From positions 186,001-250,000 of the forward strand of contig CP142733.1 of NCBI GenBank assembly GCA_036630325.1: DNA of 64,000 nucleotides, in the 5' to 3' direction. The notes under the pieces were generated by a model. It had not been told where the DNA came from and did not search any database. It saw only the letters and a program-made list of their open reading frames with translations. Both the position numbers and the translations under genes were made by a program. The first letter of the stretch is position 1. Every line of letters starts with the position of its first letter. Source of the stretch: Vairimorpha necatrix. Taxonomy: Eukaryota. This document shows, one piece after another, positions 63,765 to 64,000 of the stretch.

Positions 63765-64000
63765 AAAAAAATGTTAGACTTTAATTTCTACTAGAAAAAT
63801 AAAAGGTTATATAGTTATGATCTTAAAAAATTAAAAAAACCAGAAACTAATCTTTAAGTTGCATTTTTATTTTGTTATATGTATAATATAATAAAAAACA
63901 AAAGAATCGTATTCAGATTACAACATACATCAAATCAACAGTCTTGAAGTAATATCACGAGTGGATTTTTTAAAGTGTCAAAGACATTATAAGACGTTTT
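63765..64000 (+). repeat. Diverged copy of the array's upstream non-coding segment
   Basis: Aligns by eye with ~12375-12610 (AAAATGTTAGA...TATAGTTATGAT...AGAAACTAAT...AACAGTCTTGAAGTAA...ATAAGACG). Confidence 0.7.

Overview
AT-rich, gene-poor eukaryotic DNA, most likely from a large-genome microsporidian. This is an inference from CCC/GGG motifs just upstream of start codons, intronless host genes, and Merlin plus compact Ty3/Gypsy elements. Bases 1-45950 are a tandem array of four ~9.3-kb-core units. Each unit carries one acidic ~224-aa orphan gene, a decayed Merlin (IS1595/ISXO2-like) transposon and a 108-bp tandem repeat block. A second Merlin family sits exactly at each unit junction. Unit-specific insertions have matching empty sites in sister units: a Ginger-type integrase transposon, a third Merlin family, two solo LTR families and a young 4.1-kb Gypsy element. 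A diverged paralogue of the orphan gene lies at 49971. It is followed by an old Gypsy element (50992-58508) with three nested insertions: a 695-bp TRIM-like element, a solo LTR and a hAT. An intact 3545-bp Gypsy element with 70-bp LTRs lies at 59441-62985. Most notable are (i) the TRIM, whose PBS is a ~49-nt reverse copy of mature tRNA-Ala with CCA and a GGC (probably inosine-derived) anticodon; (ii) ultracompact LTR elements whose Gag start lies inside the LTR so the PBS is translated; (iii) the transposon-defined array junctions; and (iv) conserved paired stem-loops inside the orphan gene's coding sequence. All calls come from reading the sequence by eye; no database searches were run.
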